From: an uncultured bacterium
GTDB lineage: Bacteria > Cyanobacteriota > Vampirovibrionia > Gastranaerophilales > Gastranaerophilaceae
NCBI GenBank assembly: GCA_900313795.1
Contig: OMSS01000001.1
Span: 1-47,368 of the forward strand
Direction: 5' to 3'
DNA length: 47,368 nucleotides
Below the pieces are notes generated by a model, which searched no databases, was not told where the DNA came from, and saw nothing but the letters and a program-made list of their open reading frames with translations. The position numbers and the translations under genes are program-made. Shown here piece by piece: positions 9,341-18,059 of this stretch (the first letter of the stretch is position 1; every line of letters begins with the position of its first letter).

Positions 9341-9369
9341 TTACAAGTTTTTTGTTTTAGTGGTAAAAT
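9341..9369 (+). promoter_or_regulatory. candidate sigma70-type promoter for the YhhQ-like gene
   Basis: TTACAA (9341-9346), a 17-nt spacer, then TAAAAT (9364-9369) preceded by TGg (extended -10). The ATG at 9376 sits about 7 nt after the -10 with no SD sequence, so a leaderless mRNA is possible. Confidence 0.35.
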
Positions 9370-9375
9370 TTTTTT

Positions 9376-10047
9376 ATGAATGAACTACTTTTCATAGCCG
9401 AAGTGATTTTAAGTTTTTCAGGGGTACTTCTTGCACACAAATTTTTCGGGAAGTACGGCTTGTTTGCGTGGATTGCGATGAATACAATTATTGCGAATAT
9501 TGAAGTCGTTAAGTGTGTAGATATGTTTTCTATGCCAATGACACTTGGAAATATTACGTTTGGCAGTGTTTTTCTTGCAACGGACATTATTAATGAAAAA
9601 TATGGTAGAAAAGTTGCTCAAAAGGGCGTTTTTATTGGGTTTTTCTCGTTAATGACGTTGACTATTTTTACTCAACTTGATTTGTTGTATGTCCCTAATT
9701 CGGAAGATTTTGCCCAGCAATCAATGCAGACACTTTTCGCAATCACTCCGAGATTGTGTTTCGGAAGTATGTTTGCTTATTTGATTTCTCACACGACGGA
9801 GGTTTTTTTGTTTAGTACAATCAGAAAATTTCTTCCTGATGATAAATTTTTGTGGGTCAGAAACAATGTTGCGACGATTACAAGTCAACTTTTAGATACA
9901 ATTTTGTTTACATTCATAGCGTTTTTAGGCGTATTTCCTTTCAAAACGGTTGTAACGTTATGTTTAACAACTTATTTGATAAAGGTCGTTTTGGCGTTTT
10001 GCGAAACACCGTTTCTCTATGCCGCTAAAAGGATAAACAATGATTAG
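9376..10047 (+). CDS. yhhQ: queuosine precursor transporter (YhhQ/VUT family)
   Basis: Six-TM protein with the family-typical 'NITFGSVFLATDIINEKYGRKVAQKGV' and 'SQLLDTILFTFIAF' blocks. Confidence 0.8.
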   Translation: MNELLFIAEVILSFSGVLLAHKFFGKYGLFAWIAMNTIIANIEVVKCVDMFSMPMTLGNITFGSVFLATDIINEKYGRKVAQKGVFIGFFSLMTLTIFTQLDLLYVPNSEDFAQQSMQTLFAITPRLCFGSMFAYLISHTTEVFLFSTIRKFLPDDKFLWVRNNVATITSQLLDTILFTFIAFLGVFPFKTVVTLCLTTYLIKVVLAFCETPFLYAAKRINND

Positions 10048-10510
10048 TTATTATTCTCAAGAAACAAAGATTGGAAAGTTTACAATTTTTGAAGAAAATG
10101 GTGCAATTATAAGGGCTGTTTTTCCTGTTTTAAGTGTGTCAACTAATGGTTGTCGTTATGCTAAAACACTTGCTATTACTGAGGCTTTTAAACAACTGAC
10201 GGAGTTCCTTGACGGAAAAAGAACTGTTTTTGATTTGAAATTAGAACCAAAAGGAACGCCGTTTCAAAAGAGAGTTTGGGCGGAACTTATGAAAATCCCG
10301 TATGGTAAAACTGTTTCATATCAAGACATTGCGGTTGCAATCGGAAACTCGAAGGCATGCCGTGCCGTTGGATTGGCAAACAACAAAAATCCTATACCAA
10401 TTTTTATTCCGTGTCATAGAGTAATCGGTAACAACGGCAAAATGGTTGGTTATGCGGGTGGTTTAGACTGCAAAAAATCTTTGCTCGAGATTGAACAAGT
10501 TATTCAATAA
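10040..10510 (+). CDS. ogt: methylated-DNA--protein-cysteine methyltransferase
   Basis: Active site 'IPCHRVIG', plus 'TPFQKRVWAELMKIPYGKTVSYQDIA' and 'RAVGLANNKNPIPIFIP'. Overlaps yhhQ by 8 nt. Confidence 0.9.
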   Translation: MISYYSQETKIGKFTIFEENGAIIRAVFPVLSVSTNGCRYAKTLAITEAFKQLTEFLDGKRTVFDLKLEPKGTPFQKRVWAELMKIPYGKTVSYQDIAVAIGNSKACRAVGLANNKNPIPIFIPCHRVIGNNGKMVGYAGGLDCKKSLLEIEQVIQ

Positions 10511-12053
10511 CGTTTAATCTTCCGTCTTTTTCTGCTTTTAATTCTCCTTTTTGTTTAATTTGTTCAATGAAAATTTCTTGTTGATTTCCAACTTTTGGAG
10601 ATGTTTTAACGTCCTTTAAAATGCTTGCGAGAGTAGACTCTTTGAACAAAAACTTGTTCATTGCACATTTGACGATTTTAGATTCATCTGGATTTAGGGT
10701 ATCAAATTTTCTCACTACGTTTCCATTTTTGTCCAAAATGCAGACATCATGTACACAAAGAGCATCTTTTTTTGCATCAGATTTGTTAATTGTATATTTC
10801 ATTCCCGCACAATGTAAAACTTGCGAAAGGTCTTTTGTGATAATCGTTTTAGATTCTGTGTTAAGCAAATCAACGAATTGTTTTTCATTTAATTCTGCAA
10901 CGACCACATCGTCATCGTAAGGAAGCATACGATATTTTATGTCGTAAGTTGTTATTTTGCCTGAAATTCCTGATGATTTCATACTTGGAGCATTGAAGAA
11001 AGCAACTTCTACACAGTATTTCTGTCCACGTCTTAACATTCCGTCTGCAAGTATTGAGGCAACTGGGTTTTCGGCTTTTCTTTCATCGTCTTCGCAACTT
11101 GGTAAAAAAGGTACGGTAACAGGGGCAATGACTTCATTTTTGCCCAGTGATTTTGCTAAAATTCTGTCAATTTTTTTAGAATCGGGATATTTTTCAAGTT
11201 TCACCAATTTATTTTGGATTTTATCTTCGATTAAGACACCTTTTTTGTCAAAAAGCACATCGAGATAACCAGCATTTGTGTTGTCACTGCCTGCTTGGGT
11301 AATAATTACAGGCTCTAAACGTAAAGATTTTACTAAATTTTTCTTTGATTTTGCGTTATCTTCTTTGTTTACACCGTCGAGTGCATCATGGGTGTGACCA
11401 CCAATTATGACGTCGATACCGCCTGTTTTAGTTGCGATTTGCAAGTCGCTATCGTATCCGCTGTGGCTGAGAAGAATAATCTTATTAACCCCTTTTGCTT
11501 CTAACTTTTCGACCTCTTGGTTTAAAACAGCAATCGTTTCATCAAGTGTCATAACGGAAACTTTATTGTCCTTGTCAGCGGTCCCAATATCCTTGTCTGA
11601 TGGGCTTGTTCCAAGAATTGCAAATCTTGTTCCTTTTTTCATAAAAACATCGCTTTTGACAAGTTTTTTGTCCTGCAAACGTTCGCTCAGAGGGTTTTTT
11701 GCAGGTAAATTAATATTTGAAACGACTGTTGTGAATTTTGCATTTTTAATATTGTTTGCATAAAATGCCGAACCGGCATCGTATTCGTGGTTTCCTGCGG
11801 TTGCATAGTCTAGTTTAAGGGCATTATAGATTTTTGTCATTGCAGAATTTCTACCCTTATTGCCGCCAAGGTACAAATCGCCCGCACCAACTGTCAAACC
11901 ACCTTTTTTATTATGTTTTTTGAACTTGTCATGGGCTGGTTTGAGTTTGCTCACTTTGGTGACATTTCCGTGAGTATCATTTATGTAAAATACTGTTATT
12001 TGTGTGTTTCCAAGGTTTTGTTGCGGTATAAAATCTTGCGGGCAGTAATCCAT
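10500..12053 (-). CDS. bifunctional metallophosphatase / 5'-nucleotidase (UshA/CpdB-like), no signal peptide
   Basis: Calcineurin-like motifs 'INDTHG', 'GDLYLGG', 'GNHEYD', 'LSHSG', 'GGHTHD', plus a C-terminal 5'-nucleotidase domain. The N-terminus 'MDYCPQDFIPQQ' is not signal-like. Confidence 0.85.
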   Translation of the reverse strand: MDYCPQDFIPQQNLGNTQITVFYINDTHGNVTKVSKLKPAHDKFKKHNKKGGLTVGAGDLYLGGNKGRNSAMTKIYNALKLDYATAGNHEYDAGSAFYANNIKNAKFTTVVSNINLPAKNPLSERLQDKKLVKSDVFMKKGTRFAILGTSPSDKDIGTADKDNKVSVMTLDETIAVLNQEVEKLEAKGVNKIILLSHSGYDSDLQIATKTGGIDVIIGGHTHDALDGVNKEDNAKSKKNLVKSLRLEPVIITQAGSDNTNAGYLDVLFDKKGVLIEDKIQNKLVKLEKYPDSKKIDRILAKSLGKNEVIAPVTVPFLPSCEDDERKAENPVASILADGMLRRGQKYCVEVAFFNAPSMKSSGISGKITTYDIKYRMLPYDDDVVVAELNEKQFVDLLNTESKTIITKDLSQVLHCAGMKYTINKSDAKKDALCVHDVCILDKNGNVVRKFDTLNPDESKIVKCAMNKFLFKESTLASILKDVKTSPKVGNQQEIFIEQIKQKGELKAEKDGRLNVIE

Positions 12054-12067
12054 TTTGTCCTCTTTCT

Positions 12068-13087
12068 TTATCGTTTAATTTTTGGCGATTTGAGCCATTT
12101 ATTATGTTCTTTCATATCTTGGTACATATAGCAATGACTGCAAGGTATTTCGGGGTTTTCAGGGGCATTATTTATGACCATGTTTTTTGCGTAAATTATT
12201 TTTGGATTGTTCATTGCGGTTAAAAACCCTTCAGTGAAAGCATTTCCGCCAAAATCGTCCGTAAATAATGAACAGCAGCCCAAAACTTTGCCGTCCCAGT
12301 TGATTTGTGGTTCTTCCCACAAAAATGCACAATAATACCAGTCCAAAAGGCCCTGTTCATACTCTTCGAGCAATTTATGAGGGGGAAGTTCGACACTTGG
12401 CATGCCCGTTTGTTCTATTACTTTTTGAGGATTTTTTACGGGAGAAAAATCGGGATAGGTATTTTGTTCAAAAACGATTTCCATATCGAGATTTTTTGCC
12501 AAAATTTTTGCTTGTTCAATTTCGTGTTCATTATGCCCGAAAACGATGAATTTGTAGTACATCACAGGGTATTTTGAGTTATATTTTTGTTTATAAAAAT
12601 TGATTTTTTTGATATTTTCAATGACTTTGTTGAAGTCCCCATTTTTGCGGTAAATTTTATATGTTTCTTGGCTTGCACCGTCGATTGAGACATAAACTCT
12701 CTTTACGCCACATTTTACGAGTATTTCAGCCATTTTATCAGAAAGGTAGTTTAAGTTTACACCATTGTCCATTGACAGTGCAATTCCTTTTGTGGTGGCG
12801 TATTCGATTATTTTGTCTAATTCGGGATTTAGAAAAACTTCGCCGTGATTTGAGAGTTCAATCGATTCAAAATCATTTTCATCAATAAATTTTTTGAAGT
12901 CATCAAACTTCAAATTGCCCAATCTGCAACCATTTTCGACCCCTTCTTTGTCCATTCGCATGTAGCATCTTTCGCAATCGAGTTGGCATTTTGTGCTTGC
13001 ATCAATGCGAACTTTTTTCGGCAATTCCGATTTGTCGTGATAAATTTCTCCAAGATATTTTTCTTCCAAAATGATTTTATTGCTCAT
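12068..13087 (-). CDS. radical SAM protein with C-terminal SPASM/twitch-like domain (paralog B)
   Basis: 'CQLDCERCYM' cluster motif. C-terminal 'WDGKVLGCCSLFTDDFGGNAF...PCSHCYMYQ'. Roughly 55-60% identical by eye to the upstream gene. Confidence 0.75.
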   Translation of the reverse strand: MSNKIILEEKYLGEIYHDKSELPKKVRIDASTKCQLDCERCYMRMDKEGVENGCRLGNLKFDDFKKFIDENDFESIELSNHGEVFLNPELDKIIEYATTKGIALSMDNGVNLNYLSDKMAEILVKCGVKRVYVSIDGASQETYKIYRKNGDFNKVIENIKKINFYKQKYNSKYPVMYYKFIVFGHNEHEIEQAKILAKNLDMEIVFEQNTYPDFSPVKNPQKVIEQTGMPSVELPPHKLLEEYEQGLLDWYYCAFLWEEPQINWDGKVLGCCSLFTDDFGGNAFTEGFLTAMNNPKIIYAKNMVINNAPENPEIPCSHCYMYQDMKEHNKWLKSPKIKR

Positions 13088-14084
13088 TTTTTGCCCTCGG
13101 GGATTTTAGCCAAACGTTGTGTTTTTGCATATCTTGATATATTTCGCAGTCAAAACAGGGGATTTTTTTATTTGGTGCGACTTTATTTGTTACCATATTT
13201 TTTGCATAGAGAAAATCAGGGTGGTTTAATGTTTCAAAAAGCCCATCTTTAAAGACATTTCCGCCAAAATTTCTTTTGTAATTTGCACAGCAGCCCAAAA
13301 GTTGCCCGTCCCAGTTAATTTGTGGTTGCCAAAGATCGTTGCAATAAAACCAATCGACTTCGCCATTTTCAAATTGTTTCAGTAACTCAACAGGGGATGC
13401 ATTTGTTGTCAAAGAGTTCAATCCTGTCTGTTCAAGCACTTTTTGAGGATTTTTGACTGGAGAAAAATTTTCGTCCCAATTAGTTGCAAATTTTATTGCC
13501 ACACCCAATTTTTTTGCCTCAATTTTCGCTTGTTCAATTTGGTGTTCATTATGCCCGAAAACGATGAATTTCCAAGTGATATGCGGGCAACCGTTGCTAT
13601 ATTTTTGCCTATAAAAAATAATTTTTTTGATATTCTCGATGACTTTGCCGTAATCTCCACCAACACGGTATTTTTCGTATGTTTCTTGACTTGTGCCGTC
13701 AATCGAGACTGTCATTGAAATGACGTGATATTTTGCAAGTGCCTCAGCCTGTTTGTCGGTGATGTAATTTAGGTTAACACCGTTATCTGCAGTGACTTTC
13801 ACCCTTTTTTTATCTGCGTATTCTAAAATTTTTACCAAATCAGGGTTCAAAAAAATCTCGCCACTATTTGAAATTTCGATATTCTCAAGTTCATTTTCAT
13901 CAAGCAGTTTTTTGAAATCTTCAAACTTCAAATACCCGAAACCGCAACCATTTTTAGCATTTTCTTCATCTGTTCTCATATAGCAAACGGGGCATTTTAA
14001 CTGACAAATACTGCAAACTTCCACCCTTAAACGTTTTGGAAGTTCTGATTTGTCTTTATAAATTTCTGCATCTTTTTCAAACAT
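13077..14084 (-). CDS. radical SAM protein with C-terminal SPASM/twitch-like domain (paralog A)
   Basis: 'CQLKCPVCYM'. C-terminal 'WDGQLLGCCANYKRNFGGNVF...PCFDCEIYQ'. Overlaps paralog B by 11 nt. Confidence 0.75.
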   Translation of the reverse strand: MFEKDAEIYKDKSELPKRLRVEVCSICQLKCPVCYMRTDEENAKNGCGFGYLKFEDFKKLLDENELENIEISNSGEIFLNPDLVKILEYADKKRVKVTADNGVNLNYITDKQAEALAKYHVISMTVSIDGTSQETYEKYRVGGDYGKVIENIKKIIFYRQKYSNGCPHITWKFIVFGHNEHQIEQAKIEAKKLGVAIKFATNWDENFSPVKNPQKVLEQTGLNSLTTNASPVELLKQFENGEVDWFYCNDLWQPQINWDGQLLGCCANYKRNFGGNVFKDGLFETLNHPDFLYAKNMVTNKVAPNKKIPCFDCEIYQDMQKHNVWLKSPRAKNEQ

Positions 14085-14139
14085 TTATAAAACCCACAAT
14101 ATCAAACGCTCTGCCTTTTTTGCCTTTTGGACAAGTTTG

Positions 14140-15585
14140 TTATTCTGCTCTTTGTTTTTTGAACAAATCCCAAACAAACAAAATGTAGTTTTTGAATTTT
14201 TTCGGGTCTCTGTATGTTTCTGCAATCGTTCTGAAGAAATATCTCGGGCTTGCGTAGTACAAGAAAAGAGTTTTCTTTCTGAAATCTTTGAGTTTTTTAT
14301 GAGTTAAAAATTTCGTGCCTAATGCAGGAATTTTAATCGTTTCATTTTCAAAAAGCGATTCTCTCAAAATATTTTCATCACGGAAATTCTTTTCGACAAC
14401 CGAATCTGGGTACGCAACGGGGAATGTTAACGAAAGCAAATCCGGACATATTTTCAAAATCAATTTTTTCGTTTCCGCAAGGTGAGATTCCGTTTCCCAC
14501 GGCAAACCTACTGAGAACAAGCCGAAAATTTTGAGTTTATGTTTTCTTGCAATGTCAACAGTGTTGATACTTTCATCGACTGAAAATCTTCTGTCCAAAC
14601 GAACAAGGGTGTCGTCTGAGCCGCTATCGAAACGTACGACAATCATTGAACAATTAGCATTTTTCATCTCCATTGCCATATATTCTGTGAAAGATGCAAC
14701 GTTTACGTTCGCAATCCAGTCAACATGCCCGTTCATCGGTGATTCGATGATGTAATCACAAAATTCTTCAACCCATTTTTCATTGTGGTTAAAAGTGTCT
14801 GACGGGAAGTAAAAATTGGTGATACCGTATTTTTGGTAACATTCATACATTTCGTCAAAAACTTTTTTAGCAGGACGAACATTCATTGTTCCATCTGCCA
14901 AAACAGGTTCTTTGCAATGTAAACAAGTGTATGGACAGCCTTTTGCCGTGATAATTGTTGCAATAGGTTTTTTGTTGTCGGGGCGAACATATTTTTCGTT
15001 CTGCATCAAATCTCTTGCTGGGAACGGCAAATCGTTTATATTTCCATGCGGTGCGTGGAAGTTTGTTTTGTGCATCATACCGTTTTTGCAAATCGTGATA
15101 AACGGCACTTGATAAAGCATTTCGGGGGTTTCATAATGTGCTTGAACCAACAAAGGCATTACAAACGCAGCATCAGAACCAATTAAATAATCCACTCCGC
15201 CCATCGGCAAACTGCATAAAAGTTCTTCAGAAGCATCAAAAAACATATCGCTTTTCAAGATAATTACGATTTGAGGATTTGAGGATTTAATCATTCTGAC
15301 CAATTTCAAATCTTCAAAAATGTTTGCGATATCCGTTTTAAAAAGCAACATATCCGGACAATTTTTCAATACGTCGTCGAGCAAGTCGAGTGCGGTTTTG
15401 CGTTCGATTTTGTAATCTTTTAAAACGACTTCGTGACCTGCATTTTGCAACATTGCCGCAATATAGCCCAAATCATTGCATGCTCTCATTGAGTGAGGAA
15501 CAATGTCTGAAGTTCTGTATTTGTATCTGTTCTTAATATTTACCGATAAGTCCCCTGGGGGGCTGCAAAGCATTATTTTTTTCAT
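14140..15585 (-). CDS. B12-binding-domain (class B) radical SAM protein
   Basis: N-terminal Rossmann-like B12-binding region 'LGYIAAMLQNAGHEVVLKDY', then the radical SAM core 'KGCPYTCLHCKEP'. The 481-aa length is typical of the class. Confidence 0.8.
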   Translation of the reverse strand: MKKIMLCSPPGDLSVNIKNRYKYRTSDIVPHSMRACNDLGYIAAMLQNAGHEVVLKDYKIERKTALDLLDDVLKNCPDMLLFKTDIANIFEDLKLVRMIKSSNPQIVIILKSDMFFDASEELLCSLPMGGVDYLIGSDAAFVMPLLVQAHYETPEMLYQVPFITICKNGMMHKTNFHAPHGNINDLPFPARDLMQNEKYVRPDNKKPIATIITAKGCPYTCLHCKEPVLADGTMNVRPAKKVFDEMYECYQKYGITNFYFPSDTFNHNEKWVEEFCDYIIESPMNGHVDWIANVNVASFTEYMAMEMKNANCSMIVVRFDSGSDDTLVRLDRRFSVDESINTVDIARKHKLKIFGLFSVGLPWETESHLAETKKLILKICPDLLSLTFPVAYPDSVVEKNFRDENILRESLFENETIKIPALGTKFLTHKKLKDFRKKTLFLYYASPRYFFRTIAETYRDPKKFKNYILFVWDLFKKQRAE

Positions 15586-15623
15586 AATATTCGGTCACCG
15601 AATTTTCCAATACGTTCACTTTT

Positions 15624-15652
15624 GTGACAATTTTAATGAAAAAAAATATAAA
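15624..15652 (+). promoter_or_regulatory. candidate promoter for mutS2
   Basis: GTGACA (15624-15629), a 17-nt spacer, then TATAAA (15647-15652), within the 107-bp divergent intergenic region. Confidence 0.3.
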
Positions 15653-15692
15653 AAACAAGATATACTAAGTTATTTGTCATATAATTAATTAC

Positions 15693-18059
15693 ATGAAACC
15701 TGTAATTGAAGTAACGGAATTTGACAAAGTAAGAGAATATATATCCGAAAACGCAATCACTGAGCCTGGAAGGCTTAGAACTTTGAGTGCGGAAATTTTT
15801 GACGATGCGGAAAAAATTCGAGAACAATTAACCTGCACAACTGAGGCAAGAAGGTTGTGCGATATGAATTTACGCTTGCCGTTGGAAAATTTTTCCGATT
15901 TGACAAGTTCTCTTAAAGATGCAAAAGCCAGAATTAAACTTTCGCCGCAAGAAATTTGGGATATCGCAAATCTTCTCAGAAATTCAAGACTTGTGAAAAA
16001 TTTTCTCGACAAAAATGCCGAAGATGCTCCAAAATTGGCTGAAATTAGTGCTAATCTTTTTGTCCTGAAAGAACTTGAGGACAAAATTTTTGATACTTTA
16101 GGTAGCGATATGAAGGTTAAAGAAAGTGCTTCATCAGAATTAAAACGTCTCTATGGTGCACTCTCAGACACTCATGCAAGTATTAAATCCACAATTACAA
16201 GATTGCTCTCGGATTCGAATTTTACAAATGATTTGCGAGACACAATCTACACTCAGCGTGATGGCAGAACCGTTTTCGGGGTTAAGGCTGAGGCAAAAAA
16301 CAAAATTTTGGGCATCGTACACGACGTTTCCGCCTCTGGGCAAACGTTTTTCATCGAACCGAAAGATTTGACCGAACTTCACAACCGTGAACGTGAAATC
16401 GAAATTCATATCCAAATTGAAACTGACCGAATTTTGAAAGTTTTTTGTGAAGAAATTGGTAGACACTTCGACGAACTCATTGCGACACAAGATGTTTTGG
16501 CAGAAATAGATTTCCATTTTGCAAAAGGAAAATATTCTCAAAAAACTGAAAGTTCTCCTGCAATTATTCTTGATGAACCGAAAATTGACTTGAGAGCAAT
16601 GAAAAACCCAGTGTTGATGAGGGTTTGTGATAACGTCATCGAGAACGATTTCAATGCAGGAAAAGACAATCTTTGCACAATTATTACAGGTTCTAATACA
16701 GGTGGAAAAACAGTCGTATTAAAGACTGTGGGGCTTTGCGTATTGATGAGCAAAGCAGGATTTCACATTCCCTGTTTGAGTGCAAAAATCTATCCGTTCA
16801 AAAAAGTTTTTGCCGATATCGGTGACCAACAAAACATTATTCAAAGTTTGTCGACGTTTTCTTCACACATCAAAAACCTTGTCGAAATGAGCAATCAAGC
16901 CGATAGAGATACTTTGATTTTGATAGATGAAATCTGCTCAGGAACTGATCCTGCCGAAGGTTCGGCACTCGCAAGAGCATTGTTGCAATATTTTGTTGAA
17001 AAACAGGCGTTTTGCGTTGTCACGACACACTTTGGCGACTTGAAAAATCTTGCACTCGAAGGTAGCGGATTTGAAAATGCAAGCGTTAGATTTGACACTG
17101 AAACCTTGAAGCCTACATATCGCTTTACTCAAGGAGTTTCTGGCAGCAGCAATGCAATTACGATTGCGGAAAATTTGGGCTTAAATTCTGAAATCATTGG
17201 CAATTCAAGAGAAATTTTCACTGAAACATCGGGCAAAAATATTGAAAAATTTGCCAAAATCGAAGAAATGTGGGAAGAAGCCGCCAAAAAAGCAGACGAG
17301 GCAAAAAAAGAGGCAGAAGTCGCAAAAGCATTGAGGTTGCAACTTGAAAAGCAGGCTGATGATTTGAAAAAAGAAAAACGGAAAATCATTGCGGAATACA
17401 AGAAGAAAACACAGACAGCGTTTGATTCTGCACGAGATGAAATTAAAGATGTTTTGAAAAATCTTCGTGAAAACGAAAATCGTGAAAACACAATGAAAAC
17501 AATACGGAAGAATACTTTAATCCGCAAAAAACTCCACGATAAACTTGATGAAGAATACGAGTCTTTGAGAGAAGAATATCGTGATATTGACATAAATTCA
17601 ATCGTCAAGGGCGATAAGGTCATAATTCGTGACTTAAATCAAGAGGCTGAGTTTGTTGGTTTTACGGATAAATGCAAAAAGGCTATAATCCTTATGGGTG
17701 CTGTAAAAACGACACTTCCTGTCAAGAAACTTGCTATGTATGACAAAGATGTTGTCAAACCAAAAGTGAAGCCGCTCGTTCAACGGAAACAGGCTGTCGA
17801 GTTCGTCAAACACGATGTTTCGTACACTTTGGACTTGCGTGGATATAGATACGAAGAGGCTATGGACGAGGTTGAAGCGTATCTTGATAAGGCTTGTGCA
17901 GCGGGACTTTCGTACGCAATTATCATTCACGGGCATGGAACTGGCGTTTTGAAAAAGGCGATTCGGGAATATCTTGCGGACAGTCCTTATGTCGCAAAAT
18001 TCCGCCCAGGAGAAGATGTTGAGGGCGGAGACGGAGTCAGTGTGGTGGATTTGAACTGA
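15693..18059 (+). CDS. mutS2: endonuclease MutS2 (MutS domain V ATPase plus C-terminal Smr)
   Basis: Walker A 'ITGSNTGGKTVVLKT', 'STFSSH', Walker B 'LILIDEICSGTDP', a K/E-rich coiled coil, and the Smr domain 'LDLRGYRYEEAMDEVEAYLD...IIHGHGTGVLK'. Confidence 0.92.
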   Translation: MKPVIEVTEFDKVREYISENAITEPGRLRTLSAEIFDDAEKIREQLTCTTEARRLCDMNLRLPLENFSDLTSSLKDAKARIKLSPQEIWDIANLLRNSRLVKNFLDKNAEDAPKLAEISANLFVLKELEDKIFDTLGSDMKVKESASSELKRLYGALSDTHASIKSTITRLLSDSNFTNDLRDTIYTQRDGRTVFGVKAEAKNKILGIVHDVSASGQTFFIEPKDLTELHNREREIEIHIQIETDRILKVFCEEIGRHFDELIATQDVLAEIDFHFAKGKYSQKTESSPAIILDEPKIDLRAMKNPVLMRVCDNVIENDFNAGKDNLCTIITGSNTGGKTVVLKTVGLCVLMSKAGFHIPCLSAKIYPFKKVFADIGDQQNIIQSLSTFSSHIKNLVEMSNQADRDTLILIDEICSGTDPAEGSALARALLQYFVEKQAFCVVTTHFGDLKNLALEGSGFENASVRFDTETLKPTYRFTQGVSGSSNAITIAENLGLNSEIIGNSREIFTETSGKNIEKFAKIEEMWEEAAKKADEAKKEAEVAKALRLQLEKQADDLKKEKRKIIAEYKKKTQTAFDSARDEIKDVLKNLRENENRENTMKTIRKNTLIRKKLHDKLDEEYESLREEYRDIDINSIVKGDKVIIRDLNQEAEFVGFTDKCKKAIILMGAVKTTLPVKKLAMYDKDVVKPKVKPLVQRKQAVEFVKHDVSYTLDLRGYRYEEAMDEVEAYLDKACAAGLSYAIIIHGHGTGVLKKAIREYLADSPYVAKFRPGEDVEGGDGVSVVDLN

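Noticed and set aside
12068-14084. Possibility that the paralogous radical SAM enzymes are prokaryotic viperins, given the nucleotide-modifying idea and the adjacent nucleotidase
   Set aside because: The cluster-binding region (CQLDCERCYM, CQLKCPVCYM) and the Cys-rich SPASM-like C-terminus do not resemble the viperin CNYKCGFCFH motif or the viperin C-terminal extension. The nucleotide link remains only a contextual hypothesis.
10500-15692. RiPP biosynthetic cluster interpretation of the radical SAM trio
   Set aside because: The intergenic gaps (14 nt, 55 nt and 107 nt) are too small for a precursor peptide gene. No protease, exporter or RRE-like (RiPP recognition element) domain is visible nearby.
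17129-17623. 164-aa antisense ORF inside mutS2. Similar long antisense ORFs occur at 31822-32400 inside rsmG, 44819-45418 inside nifJ and 36408-37781 inside groEL.
   Set aside because: These are low-complexity, Ser/Phe-rich translations opposite well-supported conserved genes. They have no start context or family resemblance and are typical shadow ORFs.
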